From Crocinitomicaceae bacterium (GTDB taxonomy: Bacteria > Bacteroidota > Bacteroidia > Flavobacteriales_D > Crocinitomicaceae), in contig CAVTPI010000007.1 of NCBI GenBank assembly GCA_963736585.1, positions 322,568 through 386,567 of the forward strand: a stretch of DNA of 64,000 bases, given 5' to 3'. Below, piece by piece: positions 9,438 through 17,835 of this stretch. Within the stretch, counting starts at the first letter, position 1, and each line of letters begins with the position of its first letter. The notes below the pieces were generated by a model, which made no database searches, was not told where the DNA came from, and saw nothing but the letters and a program-made list of their open reading frames with translations. The translations under genes and the position numbers were made by a program.

Positions 9438-11612
9438 TTAAAGCCCTAACATGCCTGCATTATTATTTGCAATGCCTACTTCCTCTGCTAATTTTAATAA
9501 TTGTCCTAAAATGCCTCTTCTTCCTGTATCATTTGTCCCAGCCATCATTTTAGCAATAAGTGCACTAATTGTTAAATTTTTTATGTCTTCACTTTTAATG
9601 TCACTGTCTTTTACTAAGGTTTTTAGTTTATCCACAAACGTTGCTCCTTCTACGTGTAGTAGTTGGTTTTTCACTTCAGACAACAGGTCAGAATTGTCTA
9701 CCATTCGGTCTAATCGTTTACCTTTAGTAATAGATGCTGTAATTTTATCAAAGAACTCTTGCTCGCCTCCAACGATATCAATTTTCGCAGACTTTAAGGC
9801 CTCTGCCAGTACAGCCGCTTGTGCGTCTGCAATGTCTTTTTGAATGTGAATTTGCGCTAGCTCCACCTGCATGTCTTTATCCAATGTCAGCTTAAATTCT
9901 TCGTGGTCTTTTCCAACACCATCTAACTGCTTCATAGCATCTGCTTTTTGGTGAATCCCTTCTGCCTCTACTTTGAATTTTTCTGCAGCTACTTTTGCTT
10001 CTGCAAGTCCCTTCGCCTCTTCTGAAACTGCTTTGGCTGAAATTACATCAGCCTCTGCCAAGCCTTTGGTTTTTTCTATACTGGCTTGTGCTTCACCAAT
10101 TTTGCTTTCTGCGGCGGCTTGTGCTTGTCCTTTCATTTCAATGCCCTTGGCCTCTGCCTCTGCTTTTAGTTCCATTACTTGCGCAGCAGACTCTCCCTCT
10201 TTCTCTTGTGCGGCAGCTTTGGCTTCCATCACTTGTGCTTCTGCCATGCCTGTTGCTGCTTGCTCTGCGGCTTTAGCTTCGGCTAAAATTTTAATTGCTT
10301 CGCCTTTTTGAACGGCACTTTGCTGCTCTGCTTCAGCATCAATTAATTGTTGTTTTGCTCTAAACTCAGCGGCTTGCTTATCTGCCTCAGCTGATTTAAT
10401 TTTTTCTACCAATTGCTCCTCTGCTCTTTGTTCCGCATTTGTAATGGCTACTTTTTTAGCACGATCTGCTTCTGCAAAAGCACGTGTATCACTAATGCGC
10501 TCTTCTTCATCTACCACCGTCTTTTCAATGGCTACACGTTCGCGAATTACCTCTTGAATGTTTTTCTTTTCAACCTCAATGGATTTTTCTTTTTCAATTT
10601 GCGCCAACGTTACGACACGTTCTTTTTCGGTGCGCTCCAAATCGCGTTCTTTCTCTACACGTTCCGTTTCTATCGCTTCTGTTTTTTCTTTATTTTTTGC
10701 AGCAACTATGACTTGGCGTTGTTTGTTCTCTTCCATTATCATAATTTCCTCTTCGCGGGCAATGCGTGCTTGTTCAGACTTTTTAAGCTCTTCTTCATTC
10801 ACCTTTGCAATTTCAGCCGACTCTCTGGCTTTAATGTTGGCTACTTCACGTTTTTGCTTTTCTTCTTTCTCTGCCAATTGGCGTTCCATTTCTAAAATGG
10901 CTTCGCGGGCATCAACATCTTGCTGTGTTAGTGTTTTTTCTTCTTCACGTTTTATGAAGTTGGCTTTGATTTTTTGAGTGGCTGTTAGTTCTGTAATTTT
11001 TTTAATCCCTTCAGAATCTAAAATATTTGCTTCATCCAACAAATTCATTGGTGTTTGCTCCAAATAATCAATTGCGGCATCATCTAACAAATAGCCATTC
11101 AAATCGCGCCCAATCATGCGTTTAATTTCATCTCTGAAATCCTCTCGCTTATTGTACAGGTCTACAAAATCAAACTGCTTACCAACTGTTTTTAAGGCTT
11201 CTGAAAATTTTGCATCAAACAACTGCACCATGGCGTCTTTTGAAGAGGCACGTTTACACCCAACAGACTCTGCTACGTTTTTAACATCTGCCTCTTGTTT
11301 GTTAACTTTAACAAAAAAGGTGACTTTAATGTCTGCCCGCATATTGTCATTACAAATTAACCCGTCTTTACCAATTCGGGCAATTTCTATGGTTTTTAAT
11401 GAGATGTCCATAATCTCTAAGCGGTGAACTACCGGTATTACAAGCATTCCGCTAAAGCCTACTTTTGTACCGCCTAATCCGGTGCGCACAAGTGCCTCAC
11501 CTTGCGCGGCTTTTTTATAAAATCGTGATATTAGTATGGCTACGCCAATTATAAATATTACGATTATTCCAACCACTACAAAGGCTGTGTTTTCAAAAAA
11601 ATTGTCTTCCAT
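9438..11612 (-). CDS. Flotillin/SPFH (band 7) family protein, YqiK-like
   Basis: N-terminal TM helix, SPFH domain (ALVRTGLGG...DGLICNDNMRADIKVTFFV), long AE-rich flotillin coiled coil. Confidence 0.92.
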   Translation of the reverse strand: MEDNFFENTAFVVVGIIVIFIIGVAILISRFYKKAAQGEALVRTGLGGTKVGFSGMLVIPVVHRLEIMDISLKTIEIARIGKDGLICNDNMRADIKVTFFVKVNKQEADVKNVAESVGCKRASSKDAMVQLFDAKFSEALKTVGKQFDFVDLYNKREDFRDEIKRMIGRDLNGYLLDDAAIDYLEQTPMNLLDEANILDSEGIKKITELTATQKIKANFIKREEEKTLTQQDVDAREAILEMERQLAEKEEKQKREVANIKARESAEIAKVNEEELKKSEQARIAREEEIMIMEENKQRQVIVAAKNKEKTEAIETERVEKERDLERTEKERVVTLAQIEKEKSIEVEKKNIQEVIRERVAIEKTVVDEEERISDTRAFAEADRAKKVAITNAEQRAEEQLVEKIKSAEADKQAAEFRAKQQLIDAEAEQQSAVQKGEAIKILAEAKAAEQAATGMAEAQVMEAKAAAQEKEGESAAQVMELKAEAEAKGIEMKGQAQAAAESKIGEAQASIEKTKGLAEADVISAKAVSEEAKGLAEAKVAAEKFKVEAEGIHQKADAMKQLDGVGKDHEEFKLTLDKDMQVELAQIHIQKDIADAQAAVLAEALKSAKIDIVGGEQEFFDKITASITKGKRLDRMVDNSDLLSEVKNQLLHVEGATFVDKLKTLVKDSDIKSEDIKNLTISALIAKMMAGTNDTGRRGILGQLLKLAEEVGIANNNAGMLGL

Positions 11613-11633
11613 GTTTTGTTTCTATTTATAGGT

Positions 11634-12281
11634 TTATTTATAGGGTTCGACTATGTAAATATTTACGTCATTGTCTGTCGGGGCAATAACTAATACGCGT
11701 TGATAACGCTCTAATTCTATTTTTGGATCGGACGGTAAGGCGAAAATTCGAATTTTTGATCCTTCAAATGTTATTTCCACTTCTCCTGGAATTGCACCTT
11801 TATTCGGGTAAACGACTTCAGCCAATTGTCCGATTACAGTTTTTAAGCCGTCACTTTTTTCTAATGCATCAAACATCTTCACCAATGGAAACATAAGGGG
11901 TTTAGCAATAACCATGGCTGCAATTAATGCGATACCAAAAAAAAGCAATCCAAGTATAAATGATGAGTTCAAAAGTAGACGGTTGGCAAAAATCACCATT
12001 ATCCATGTTAAAAACATAATAATGGAAAGCCATAACATAAAGGGTATTCTGCCTAAGTTAAAAAAGTGTAATACTCTATTTAACCAGGCTACTCCAGCTT
12101 CTGTTCCGCCACCAGCATCTGCCTCAACATCCATATCGGCATCAACATCCACATCAAAATCAATCAAATCCAAATCAATAATTCCAACGATAACTATGAG
12201 CCAATATACCACGCAAAAAGCTAAAATAGCAGTTGGAATAATATTGGGCGCGCTAAATATGTAATTAAAAAATTCGTTCAT
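11634..12281 (-). CDS. YqiJ/DUF1449-like membrane protein with NfeD-type OB fold (start re-assigned to ATG 12281)
   Basis: TM helices, acidic DVDVDAD linker, FNLGRIPFM motif, C-terminal OB fold. Canonical flotillin partner. The longer start overlaps a terminator hairpin. Confidence 0.85.
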   Translation of the reverse strand: MNEFFNYIFSAPNIIPTAILAFCVVYWLIVIVGIIDLDLIDFDVDVDADMDVEADAGGGTEAGVAWLNRVLHFFNLGRIPFMLWLSIIMFLTWIMVIFANRLLLNSSFILGLLFFGIALIAAMVIAKPLMFPLVKMFDALEKSDGLKTVIGQLAEVVYPNKGAIPGEVEITFEGSKIRIFALPSDPKIELERYQRVLVIAPTDNDVNIYIVEPYK

Positions 12282-12301
12282 GTGGTGGTTTAGGTATGGA
12301 T

Positions 12302-12357
12302 AAAAAAAGGGCTGTCTCGTATCAATTTTGACATTCAAAAAAGAGGTGGAGACAGCC
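12302..12357 (-). terminator. Intrinsic terminator/attenuator between pspA and the yqiJ-like gene
   Basis: GGCTGTCTC (12310-18) pairs with GAGACAGCC (12349-57), followed by a 7-U tract on the - strand. Confidence 0.65.
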
Positions 12358-12395
12358 TCAATAAAAGGTGCTCTATCTTACGATTGTCTAATGGC

Positions 12396-13112
12396 TTAAG
12401 CGTCTCCGCCCATTCCCATTTTTGCTTTTAAAGCCGCTAAGCTATCAGCTGCTTTTACTTCTGCAGTTCCAGCGTCTAATGCTTTATCAATCTCTTGGTC
12501 GATAGATGTATTTTCGCTCGCAATGTCCGCGTAAGATTCAGCCAAGGCTTCTTCCTGGTCTACTTTTTCTTTCATTCGTTCTAACATAGACACTGTGCTT
12601 GTTGAATCAATATCTGCCAATTGTTTGTTAATATTTTTAGTTGCTTTTGACACTTTTGCGCGTGCTTTCAGTGTTTTAAGTTCTACTTCGTATTTTTTAA
12701 CGTTTGAACGCAAGCGTTTAATGTTTCCGTCTAGTTTGTCCACGTTTGCTTCAAATTTTTCTTGATTTTTTCGATTTGTCGCAGCATTTGCCATGTGCGC
12801 TTCTTTTTGCACTAAACACTCACTTGCTAAACGATCGGCCTCTTCTGGTGTAATTTCTCCACGTTCAGCTCTTTTTAATAAAAGAATAGCTTTTTTCTCG
12901 TAGTCTTTGGCTTTTTCAGTATCGGCATTTGCGTCGTTTCTTGCACGAATTGCCAATGCTTTAACCTCTGCTAATGCTTCTAATGCCTTACCTAAATCAC
13001 CTTTAAGGTCTCTTATTCCTTGTTCAGTCATTTTAATTGGATCCTCAAGTTTGTCTACCATTGAGTTTGCTTCTGCTGATCCTATTCTGAATAATCTTCT
13101 AAATATGTTCAT
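12396..13112 (-). CDS. pspA: PspA/IM30 (ESCRT-III superfamily) protein
   Basis: MNIFRRLF amphipathic N-terminus, KLEDPIKMTEQGIRDL, LKARAK, LERMKEKV motifs; coiled coil. Confidence 0.93.
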   Translation of the reverse strand: MNIFRRLFRIGSAEANSMVDKLEDPIKMTEQGIRDLKGDLGKALEALAEVKALAIRARNDANADTEKAKDYEKKAILLLKRAERGEITPEEADRLASECLVQKEAHMANAATNRKNQEKFEANVDKLDGNIKRLRSNVKKYEVELKTLKARAKVSKATKNINKQLADIDSTSTVSMLERMKEKVDQEEALAESYADIASENTSIDQEIDKALDAGTAEVKAADSLAALKAKMGMGGDA

Positions 13113-13145
13113 TTTCTAATTTTTTTAATTTCTTGGATAATTTTT

Positions 13146-13538
13146 TTAGTTTTTTGAGAAAGCGATAATTTCATCTGAATACTCGCTTAATAATAGACTT
13201 AAAGAGGTTAACGTTCCTTCAAGTTCATTTAAATCTAAGCTTTCAACTTGTAGTGTATCTCTAAAAATCACACGTTTGCCCTCATCATCTAACACAAAAG
13301 CGCCGTGCACAATATCTCTATTTTTAATCAAAAGTTTCTTTGATACTTCTCCTACATTTGCCGTTAAATCAAACAGGTATTGTTCTATAATTAAAATCGG
13401 ATCTGCGATTCCTATCAGTAGGTTTTGTATTCCGTCCTCCAACGATTCTACAATGAACACCTCATTCTCGCGATCTTCCTTGACGATAGAATATTCCAAC
13501 TCCATCAAATACGATTTTACTTTATCAAAGTTACTCAT
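13146..13538 (-). CDS. YbjN/CesT(Tir)-like chaperone-fold protein
   Basis: 130-aa acidic protein with LLIKNRDIVHGAFVLD...FRDTLQVESLDLNEL; first gene of the pspA operon. Confidence 0.8.
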   Translation of the reverse strand: MSNFDKVKSYLMELEYSIVKEDRENEVFIVESLEDGIQNLLIGIADPILIIEQYLFDLTANVGEVSKKLLIKNRDIVHGAFVLDDEGKRVIFRDTLQVESLDLNELEGTLTSLSLLLSEYSDEIIAFSKN

Positions 13539-13573
13539 AATTATATGCTATTAATTTCTGTTTTAGTTAGTAC

Positions 13574-13603
13574 CAAATATATATATATTTTCTTCATTTT
13601 CAA
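13574..13603 (-). promoter_or_regulatory. Housekeeping promoter of the pspA operon
   Basis: -7 element TATATTTG (13574-81) with TTG 19 nt upstream (13601-03). Confidence 0.6.
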
Positions 13604-13745
13604 TTTGTCGGTTTGTAAATCAGTTACGGAGGAAAGAATTTACGTTCGTGGTCATTATTTTTTGTTAATTTCATGTTTCTAACATTGATTTTTAGCTAAT
13701 ATACTATATTTTTTAGTTTTTTGCTAATAAAAATGGTTTTATTTT

Positions 13746-14096
13746 ATGACAAAGTCAATCCTATCCAAAAATTTTAAAAAACTACGTTTGTTTAAAAGCC
13801 TGAACCAGACTGAGTTTGCTGAATTATTTAACTTAAAACGATCGAGCATTGGTGCGTATGAAGAAGGGCGTGCAGAACCTAAGCTAGATGTGCTGATACG
13901 TATTTCTGAGCATTTTAAACTACCGCTGGATGCCATTGTTAAATCAGAATTAACGGTAAACCAAATTGCCCGATTTGATTTTCCAGATGAAGATTTTGGT
14001 GATTTAAAGGGATTACATGATAAAATTGATTTACTCGCACGTCAATTAAATGTAATGAATAAGCGGTTGGACAAAATGAATGCGAAAGAGCAATGA
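13746..14096 (+). CDS. XRE-family HTH transcriptional regulator with C-terminal coiled coil
   Basis: KNFKKLR...NQTEFAELFNLKRSSIGAYEEGRAEPK HTH_3 signature. Confidence 0.9.
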   Translation: MTKSILSKNFKKLRLFKSLNQTEFAELFNLKRSSIGAYEEGRAEPKLDVLIRISEHFKLPLDAIVKSELTVNQIARFDFPDEDFGDLKGLHDKIDLLARQLNVMNKRLDKMNAKEQ

Positions 14097-14794
14097 ACTT
14101 ACAAGAACAAGTAATTGAGTTAATAGATGCATCTATTGAGGATGAATTTTTAACTAAAACTGAAAAACGAAGAATTAAAGATTTGTTAACAACGCTTAAC
14201 CCTGAAAAACGTGTTGCAGATGTGCTGCGGAGTGAATTATTTGACATAGCCCGTGCCCATATTAATGCCACTAATTTTCTCGCTATTTTAACGTGGGTTG
14301 AGCAAGTCAATAAGCTTATTTTGGCTGCTAACAAGGTGGAGGTGCAGCAAGAAAAGGTTTATTTTTCACCAGGAGATGATTGCTTAAATGCTATTGTAAA
14401 CCACATACGGTGCGCACAGCAAAAAGTTCAAATTTGCTTGTTTACTATTAGTGACAACCGCATAACTGAAGAACTAATTTATAAACATAAACGAGGGGTG
14501 AGTGTAAAAATTATTTCTGATAACGATAAGGTTTTTGACCGCGGCTCGGACATTGAACAACTTGTAGCAGCTGGTGTACCCGTAAAGGTTGATATTACAG
14601 AAAACCACATGCACCACAAGTTTGCTTTATTTGATAGCCAATTTACGTTAACCGGCAGTTATAATTGGACGCGCAGCGCCGAGCGTTATAACCATGAGAA
14701 TATTTTAATAACAGATTCGTACCAAGTCATGCAACAATATGATAAGGAGTTTAGGGTTTTATGGGATGAGTTTCCGGATTACGTTTTACTTTAA
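14093..14794 (+). CDS. Single-HKD phospholipase D-family protein (Nuc/Zucchini-like) with N-terminal helical extension
   Basis: HMHHKFALFD...TGSYNWTRSA...NHEN. Overlaps the XRE stop (ATGA). Confidence 0.88.
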   Translation: MNLQEQVIELIDASIEDEFLTKTEKRRIKDLLTTLNPEKRVADVLRSELFDIARAHINATNFLAILTWVEQVNKLILAANKVEVQQEKVYFSPGDDCLNAIVNHIRCAQQKVQICLFTISDNRITEELIYKHKRGVSVKIISDNDKVFDRGSDIEQLVAAGVPVKVDITENHMHHKFALFDSQFTLTGSYNWTRSAERYNHENILITDSYQVMQQYDKEFRVLWDEFPDYVLL

Positions 14795-14815
14795 TTTATA
14801 ATAGTAATTAAGTTG

Positions 14816-15379
14816 ATGTCTAAAAAAGTTTGGAAATATTTATCCAATGGGCTGTTTGGGTTTGTGCTTCTTGTATTGTTTATTCCAAGTTGGCGCGTTG
14901 GTTTCCAAGGGTGGTTTCAAGGAATTTTTATGGTTGATTTACAGCTGGAAAAAGCTTACGAAAAGCCATTACCACCTGCAGTTAACACATGGCAGGTCGG
15001 TAAAACAAATGATGAGGCTTTATTTTTTGGTGATTTTTATGACAAACCCATTGTCCTTTCGTTTTGGGCGACATGGTGCCCGCCTTGCCGGGCAGAGTTA
15101 AAAACGCTGAATGCTTTAAAAGCAGATATGGGAGACATGGTTCATTTTATTTCGTGCTCAGAAGAAACGGTAGAAACTATTACTAATTCTGGCTTAACAG
15201 ATGATTATGACTTTTTGTATTCTACGAAACGAATTCCACCTTTTTTTAATATGCGCGCCTACCCTACCCTTTGTATTATAGATAAAAACCAACACCTTAT
15301 TTTTACGCACGAAGGCGCAGGTGGCTTGGATACAGAAAAAAACATCCAGTTTTTAAAGGGTTTGGCTGAAAATCAATAG
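14816..15379 (+). CDS. Membrane-anchored TlpA/ResA-family thioredoxin
   Basis: FWATWCPPC motif, AYPT cis-Pro loop, N-terminal TM helix. Confidence 0.88.
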   Translation: MSKKVWKYLSNGLFGFVLLVLFIPSWRVGFQGWFQGIFMVDLQLEKAYEKPLPPAVNTWQVGKTNDEALFFGDFYDKPIVLSFWATWCPPCRAELKTLNALKADMGDMVHFISCSEETVETITNSGLTDDYDFLYSTKRIPPFFNMRAYPTLCIIDKNQHLIFTHEGAGGLDTEKNIQFLKGLAENQ

Positions 15380-15407
15380 TTTTGTAGACTTTTAGAGAGG
15401 AAGACAG

Positions 15408-16775
15408 TTGAAATACGCTATAATTGACATAGAAACAACCGGTGATAAACCCGTAAATTTTAAAATTATTGAAATTGCCATTATTTTGCATGATGGCGAA
15501 AATGAACTTGATACCTTTCATACTTTCATCAACCCCGAACAACGCATTTCTCCTTTTATAACAAGGCTTACGGGCATTCATGACAATGATGTTTACGACG
15601 CGCCAAAGTTTTATGAGGTTGCAAAACAAATTGTGGAGTTTACAAAAGATTGTGTATTTGTGGCACACAATATAAGTTTTGATTATTCTGTTGTACGACG
15701 AGAGTTTAGGCGACTTGGGTTTGATTATCGGTTAGATCATTTATGCACAGTACAATCTGCTCGTATTTTAATACCGGGGCATGCCTCTTACAGTTTAAAA
15801 AAAATTACGAGTGATTTGGGAATTGAACTCAGCAACCACCACCGGGCAATTGATGATACACGTGCTACGGCTGAGCTATTTAAGATTATTTATACCAATG
15901 CCAAGGGTGATCTGTCTAACTTTATAAAAAAAGAAATTGACCCTGCCGAGTTAAACCCGAAGTTAGATTTAAATGCATTAGATGAAATACCAAATAAAAT
16001 TGGCGTTTACAAATTTTATGATGAGGCCAAAAACTTAATGTATATCGGCAAAAGTATTCATATTCGTAAGCGCATTGAACAACACTTTAAAAATAATAAA
16101 ACGCACAAAGGAAAAGAAATGCGAAAGCACATTGCATTTATTGACCATTTTTTAACTGGAAGTGAATTGATTGCATTATTACAAGAGTCGCAAGAAATTA
16201 AACAAAGCCAACCTGTTTACAATGCTGCACAGCGCAACACCGCTTTTACACATGGGCTTTATGCACATACCGACCAATTGGGTTATACTCACTTACACGT
16301 TAAAAAAAACACTGTGGTTGGCGCACCGCTTGTTACGTTCACATCTCTACAAAGCGGCAAAAAATATTTAGACTTTTGGATGAATGAATTTGGCTTATGC
16401 CAAAAGTTTTGCCATCTACACAAAGGAGAAACAAGTTGTTTTAATTATACAATAAAAAAATGTGCCGGTGCCTGCATAGGCGAAGAACCTACCGACGATT
16501 ATAACGAACGGGTGAATGACCTCATTAAAAATTTAAGTTTTAACAACGAAAGTTTTTTAATTGTTGATAAAGGTCGAAAATCCAACGAATATAGTTTTGT
16601 GGCAATTGAAGATGGGCAATACAAGGGATATGGCTATATTTATCGTTACTTACTCAAACGAAACGTGCATAACTTTAAAAAGTTTTTAACGCGACAAGAG
16701 AGTAATCGTGATTTTCATTCCATAATAAAAATGCAATTGCACAAGGATGAAAAATTGGAAATTTACCCCTTATAA
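15408..16775 (+). CDS. DEDDh 3'-5' exonuclease (DNA Pol III epsilon-like) fused to a GIY-YIG (UvrC/Cho-like) domain
   Basis: IDIETTG, AHNISFD, HHRAIDD; GVYKFYD...YIGKS..IRKRI; Cys cluster. Confidence 0.9.
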   Translation: MKYAIIDIETTGDKPVNFKIIEIAIILHDGENELDTFHTFINPEQRISPFITRLTGIHDNDVYDAPKFYEVAKQIVEFTKDCVFVAHNISFDYSVVRREFRRLGFDYRLDHLCTVQSARILIPGHASYSLKKITSDLGIELSNHHRAIDDTRATAELFKIIYTNAKGDLSNFIKKEIDPAELNPKLDLNALDEIPNKIGVYKFYDEAKNLMYIGKSIHIRKRIEQHFKNNKTHKGKEMRKHIAFIDHFLTGSELIALLQESQEIKQSQPVYNAAQRNTAFTHGLYAHTDQLGYTHLHVKKNTVVGAPLVTFTSLQSGKKYLDFWMNEFGLCQKFCHLHKGETSCFNYTIKKCAGACIGEEPTDDYNERVNDLIKNLSFNNESFLIVDKGRKSNEYSFVAIEDGQYKGYGYIYRYLLKRNVHNFKKFLTRQESNRDFHSIIKMQLHKDEKLEIYPL

Positions 16776-17606
16776 ATGGCTAAAAAAGAAGTAAAACAAC
16801 TGCGCCCCTGGCAAAAGCGAATGCACGAAATTATTTTCGAAGCGGATACGTTTGAAGGGAAGCTGTTTGATATTATTTTACTTATTGCCATAATTTTAAG
16901 TGTAATTGTTGTGATGTTGGAAAGTATTCCGCGTTACAGCGAATATTATCACGACGTATTTTTGGCGATTGAATGGGGGTTTACCGTTTTATTTTCAATT
17001 GAATACATTGTGCGGGTAATTAGTTTAAAAAAACCGCTCAACTATGTTTTTTCATTTTACGGTTTGGTTGATTTGCTTTCAATAATCCCTACGTATTTGG
17101 GTATTTTTATTACCGGCACAAATTCACTTACGGTAATTCGCTCGTTACGATTGTTACGGGTTTTCAGAATTTTAAAATTAGGTAAATACCTTTCAGAGGC
17201 GCAATCATTAGCAATTGCTTTGAAAAATTCCAAAAATAAAATTGTGGTGTTTTTGGGTGCAGTGCTTACCTCTGTTATTATTTTGGGTACTGTAATGTAT
17301 TTGGTAGAGTCGCCCGAAGCAGGTTTTACAAGTATTCCGCGGAGCATTTACTGGGCTATTGTAACACTAACAACTGTGGGGTATGGAGATATTTATCCGG
17401 CAACGGATTTGGGGCAATTTATTGCCGCAATGGTTATGATTTTGGGTTATGCCATTATTGCTGTGCCTACCGGAATTGTTACCAACGAGTTAATCTCTCA
17501 AGATCGAAAATCTATCTCTCGACAGGCGTGTGAAAATTGTTCTCGAGAAGGGCACTCTATTGATGCAAAATATTGCAAATATTGTGGAGAAAAACTGAAC
17601 GCTTAA
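16776..17606 (+). CDS. Voltage-gated-type potassium channel with C-terminal zinc ribbon
   Basis: S4 segment RSLRLLRVFRILK, selectivity filter TTVGYGD, CENC...CKYCG. Confidence 0.92.
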   Translation: MAKKEVKQLRPWQKRMHEIIFEADTFEGKLFDIILLIAIILSVIVVMLESIPRYSEYYHDVFLAIEWGFTVLFSIEYIVRVISLKKPLNYVFSFYGLVDLLSIIPTYLGIFITGTNSLTVIRSLRLLRVFRILKLGKYLSEAQSLAIALKNSKNKIVVFLGAVLTSVIILGTVMYLVESPEAGFTSIPRSIYWAIVTLTTVGYGDIYPATDLGQFIAAMVMILGYAIIAVPTGIVTNELISQDRKSISRQACENCSREGHSIDAKYCKYCGEKLNA

Positions 17607-17769
17607 TGCTATTTTACAGTTTCTTATCTAGCTAAAAAAAAGCCAATCACAAGGGCGGTGCTGTAACAAACGGTGCAATTCAATAGGTCTAAATACCATA
17701 AATCCACCAAAACCCGTAAAAAATAGGATATTCTTTCGTTAATATCTTATGGAAAAGTAACCACTATTT

Positions 17770-17802
17770 TTTGGGTTAACCCGGCATTTTAATGTAATTT
17801 TG
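17770..17802 (+). promoter_or_regulatory. Housekeeping promoter of pckA
   Basis: TTTG (17770-73), 21-nt spacer, TAATTTTG (17795-802). Confidence 0.6.
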
Positions 17803-17835
17803 TTAGTCTAAACAGTTAATGCTAAAAAAATTCGC

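Noticed and set aside
9451-11427. Several + strand ORFs inside the flotillin gene
   Set aside because: Antisense shadow ORFs of an Ala/Glu-rich coiled-coil gene. Other nested antisense ORFs in the track were dismissed for the same reason.
15408-17606. Functional link between the exonuclease-GIY-YIG gene and the K+ channel (TAAATG junction) as a defence pair
   Set aside because: Both are common stand-alone Bacteroidota genes, and adjacency alone is not evidence.
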